Positions 62,178-64,000 of a stretch of 64,000 nt of DNA are shown piece after piece. The notes beneath the pieces are model-generated. The model was not told the DNA's origin. It saw only the letters and a list, made by a program, of their open reading frames with translations, and made no database searches. Position 1 is the stretch's first letter; every line of letters begins with the position of its first letter. Source of the DNA: Eutreptiella sp. 'Long Island Sound 2002' (lineage: Eukaryota; Protista; Euglenida); assembly GCA_964036045.1 (NCBI GenBank), contig OZ038378.1:114328001-114392000 (forward strand), read 5' to 3'. The translations under genes were made by a program, and so were the position numbers.

Positions 62178-64000
62178 CCCTTGGCTACGGGCCGGGGGGC
62201 GCGTAGGACACCGGAGACACTCTAGAGGCAAAAGTGGAACTTGGGGTTTTTCGAGGGTGCCCGTTGCAATGGTTTAGTCCGTTTTTTTTCCAATTTTGAG
62301 GTTTTCTAGGGTAGAACCACTTTTGGGGGTGGTGGCTCCAGTGTTCTGCATGTCCCGGGTGTTCTCTTTTTGCCTTGTGTGTGCCCTGCATGTCGCGCGC
62401 GTTCCGGACGTCTCGCTCATTGGCTATGCTTGTGGCTCTGGAGTAAGATTTTGTTTTCTGTGTGTCTTGCGTGTTCTGCAGTGTGCAAGGGTAGGGGCCG
62501 GCAACACTGAGGGGGGTTGGCGCCCTTGAGACCTGAGGGCTATTGGTAGGCCTTGTAGGAACCGGTTGCCACCGGCAGGTGTGTCCTCTTGTAGTATCGT
62601 TTCTTTGCTCTCATGGTCAGAGGAAAACACAAGTGTAGACGAGGGAAGCGCCGAAAGCACGTGACGACAGCAGAAGCAGTGGCCCGGAGGCGGCAGGCAC
62701 GTGCCGCAACGTTGCAAACCAGGCTGCGGGCGGTTGTGGGAAGGGTGCCAGTGCGCCGTGTCATCCTTCGGAACGGGTTGCGTTTGTACGTCCAAACAGT
62801 TGTGTCGCAGGCAAATGGGGCAAGCGTTCTGGCTCGTGCATCGAAGGACATTGCGTGTCGTCTGAAAGGGGTCGCTGGAGAACAAATCCTAGATGAAGGC
62901 AGCTGAAATGTGAAGGTTGCTGGCAAACACACGTGCAATGACGTTTGGGAAGTAAAATTTGGCATGGACCGTGCAGTGCTGTCTTTCACCAATTTCAACG
63001 CTGGACGTTTGAGCCAAGTTCCTTACATCTGGCTGCAGGGTCCAGTGGCCGTGATTGTCAGGATTGCCTACCTGTTTAACGCCTGACATTCGCCGGCACT
63101 CTGGCCTTTGTGGTTGTTGAGCGCTGGCGGGTTTTGGGCGTCCAACTATTTCTAATGTGAGGATGGCGACTCCGTTGTATCCCAAAGAATTTCAACTGGC
63201 GGGGACACACTTGGAAATGCTGGACCCCAGCAGTATGGAAATAGTGACGCCGGATCGCAATGCAGCAGTGGTTTTCTAGATCCGGGAACACACGAGTATG
63301 TGCCTCGGGGCTGTGGGCTTGTCCCGGTACTCATTCATGGTGTTGCATGTCCTCCGCGTTTTGGATGCCTGTCTCTGCCCTGCCTCTGGGGCCACTGCTA
63401 CTTGTCAGGGACGTCGCGCACGTCGCGCACGTTGTCTCCAAGTGTGGCTCTGGTACGATGCACGTCGGGTGCGTCTTCGCCGTTCTGTTTCAGTTGTGAA
63501 TCGTCTGACACGATACGATGCACGCTGGCTGCAGCGCCTGGATACATTGAATGAAAAGGGGAAGAAGGTGACCGAGATGATCCTACTGAGGGCGTGCAAG
63601 TGCCGGGAAAACAATGCCAAGGGTCAGGTGTACAATTTGAGAACCCTGGGGAATGTGAGGATCCGCGTGGCCAAGCTCAAGAAGGGGTGTTTTGGGGGAT
63701 TTGTGGCAAATGAGGATGACAAGGAGGACAAAAAGAAAAAGAAGAAGAAGAAGGCCGAACCGACAAAGCCGGAGGAGCAGCCGAAGAAGGTGAAGGACAA
63801 GAAGATGGAGAAAGCAAAGCCGCCAAAATCAGCATTGAAAAAAACTGAAGATGATGGAGGAGGACGACGAGGTCCTTCAGTTCAAGCCGATGCGCAAGGC
63901 TCCACGGTCCACGATGCTGGAGAAGGAGGACGATGCCGATGATGAGGACCAAAGTGAGGACAAAAGCACCTCATCATCCAGTGCAACGGGCAGCTCATCA
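62178..64000 (+). mobile_element. E4: probable further CCCTTGG-family transposon running off the window end
   Basis: Starts cccttggctacgg, like the E1-E3 termini. It is followed by ORF pieces 62613-62906 and 63298-63942 (GAVGLSRYSFMVL, then a K/E/D-rich tail). The other end is not visible. Confidence 0.4.

Overview
This is a eukaryotic, repeat-saturated window, probably from a protist. A euglenozoan host is plausible because of the VIPER/TATE-like elements, but that is inference only. No intact cellular operon, rRNA, tRNA or CRISPR array is visible; almost everything is nested, decaying transposable elements. (1) Two tyrosine-recombinase (YR) retrotransposons with gene order gag-YR-RT (1-4560 and about 35990-39620, both on -). 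In both, gag and YR are in the same frame, separated by one TGA. (2) Several degenerate LINE relics with AP endonuclease, RT and RNase H motifs. (3) A family of DNA transposons with CCCT(T/A)(G/C) termini and 2-bp target duplications: E1 21510-25953, E2 26701-31536, E3 43344-49998, and probably E4 from 62178. E1-E3 each carry their own palindromic motif (TTCTAG, TTCATA, TTCGTA). In E2 the motif arrays fill GT-AG introns whose removal restores reading frames. E2 encodes a Tudor-like domain, and E3 carries a pseudogenised PhyH-like 2OG-Fe(II) dioxygenase. (4) hAT and Sola transposases, a 10.4-kb TA-flanked element, foldback elements with poly-C/poly-G termini, and one candidate host membrane-protein exon. 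Protein family calls come from motif recognition by eye, not from database searches.
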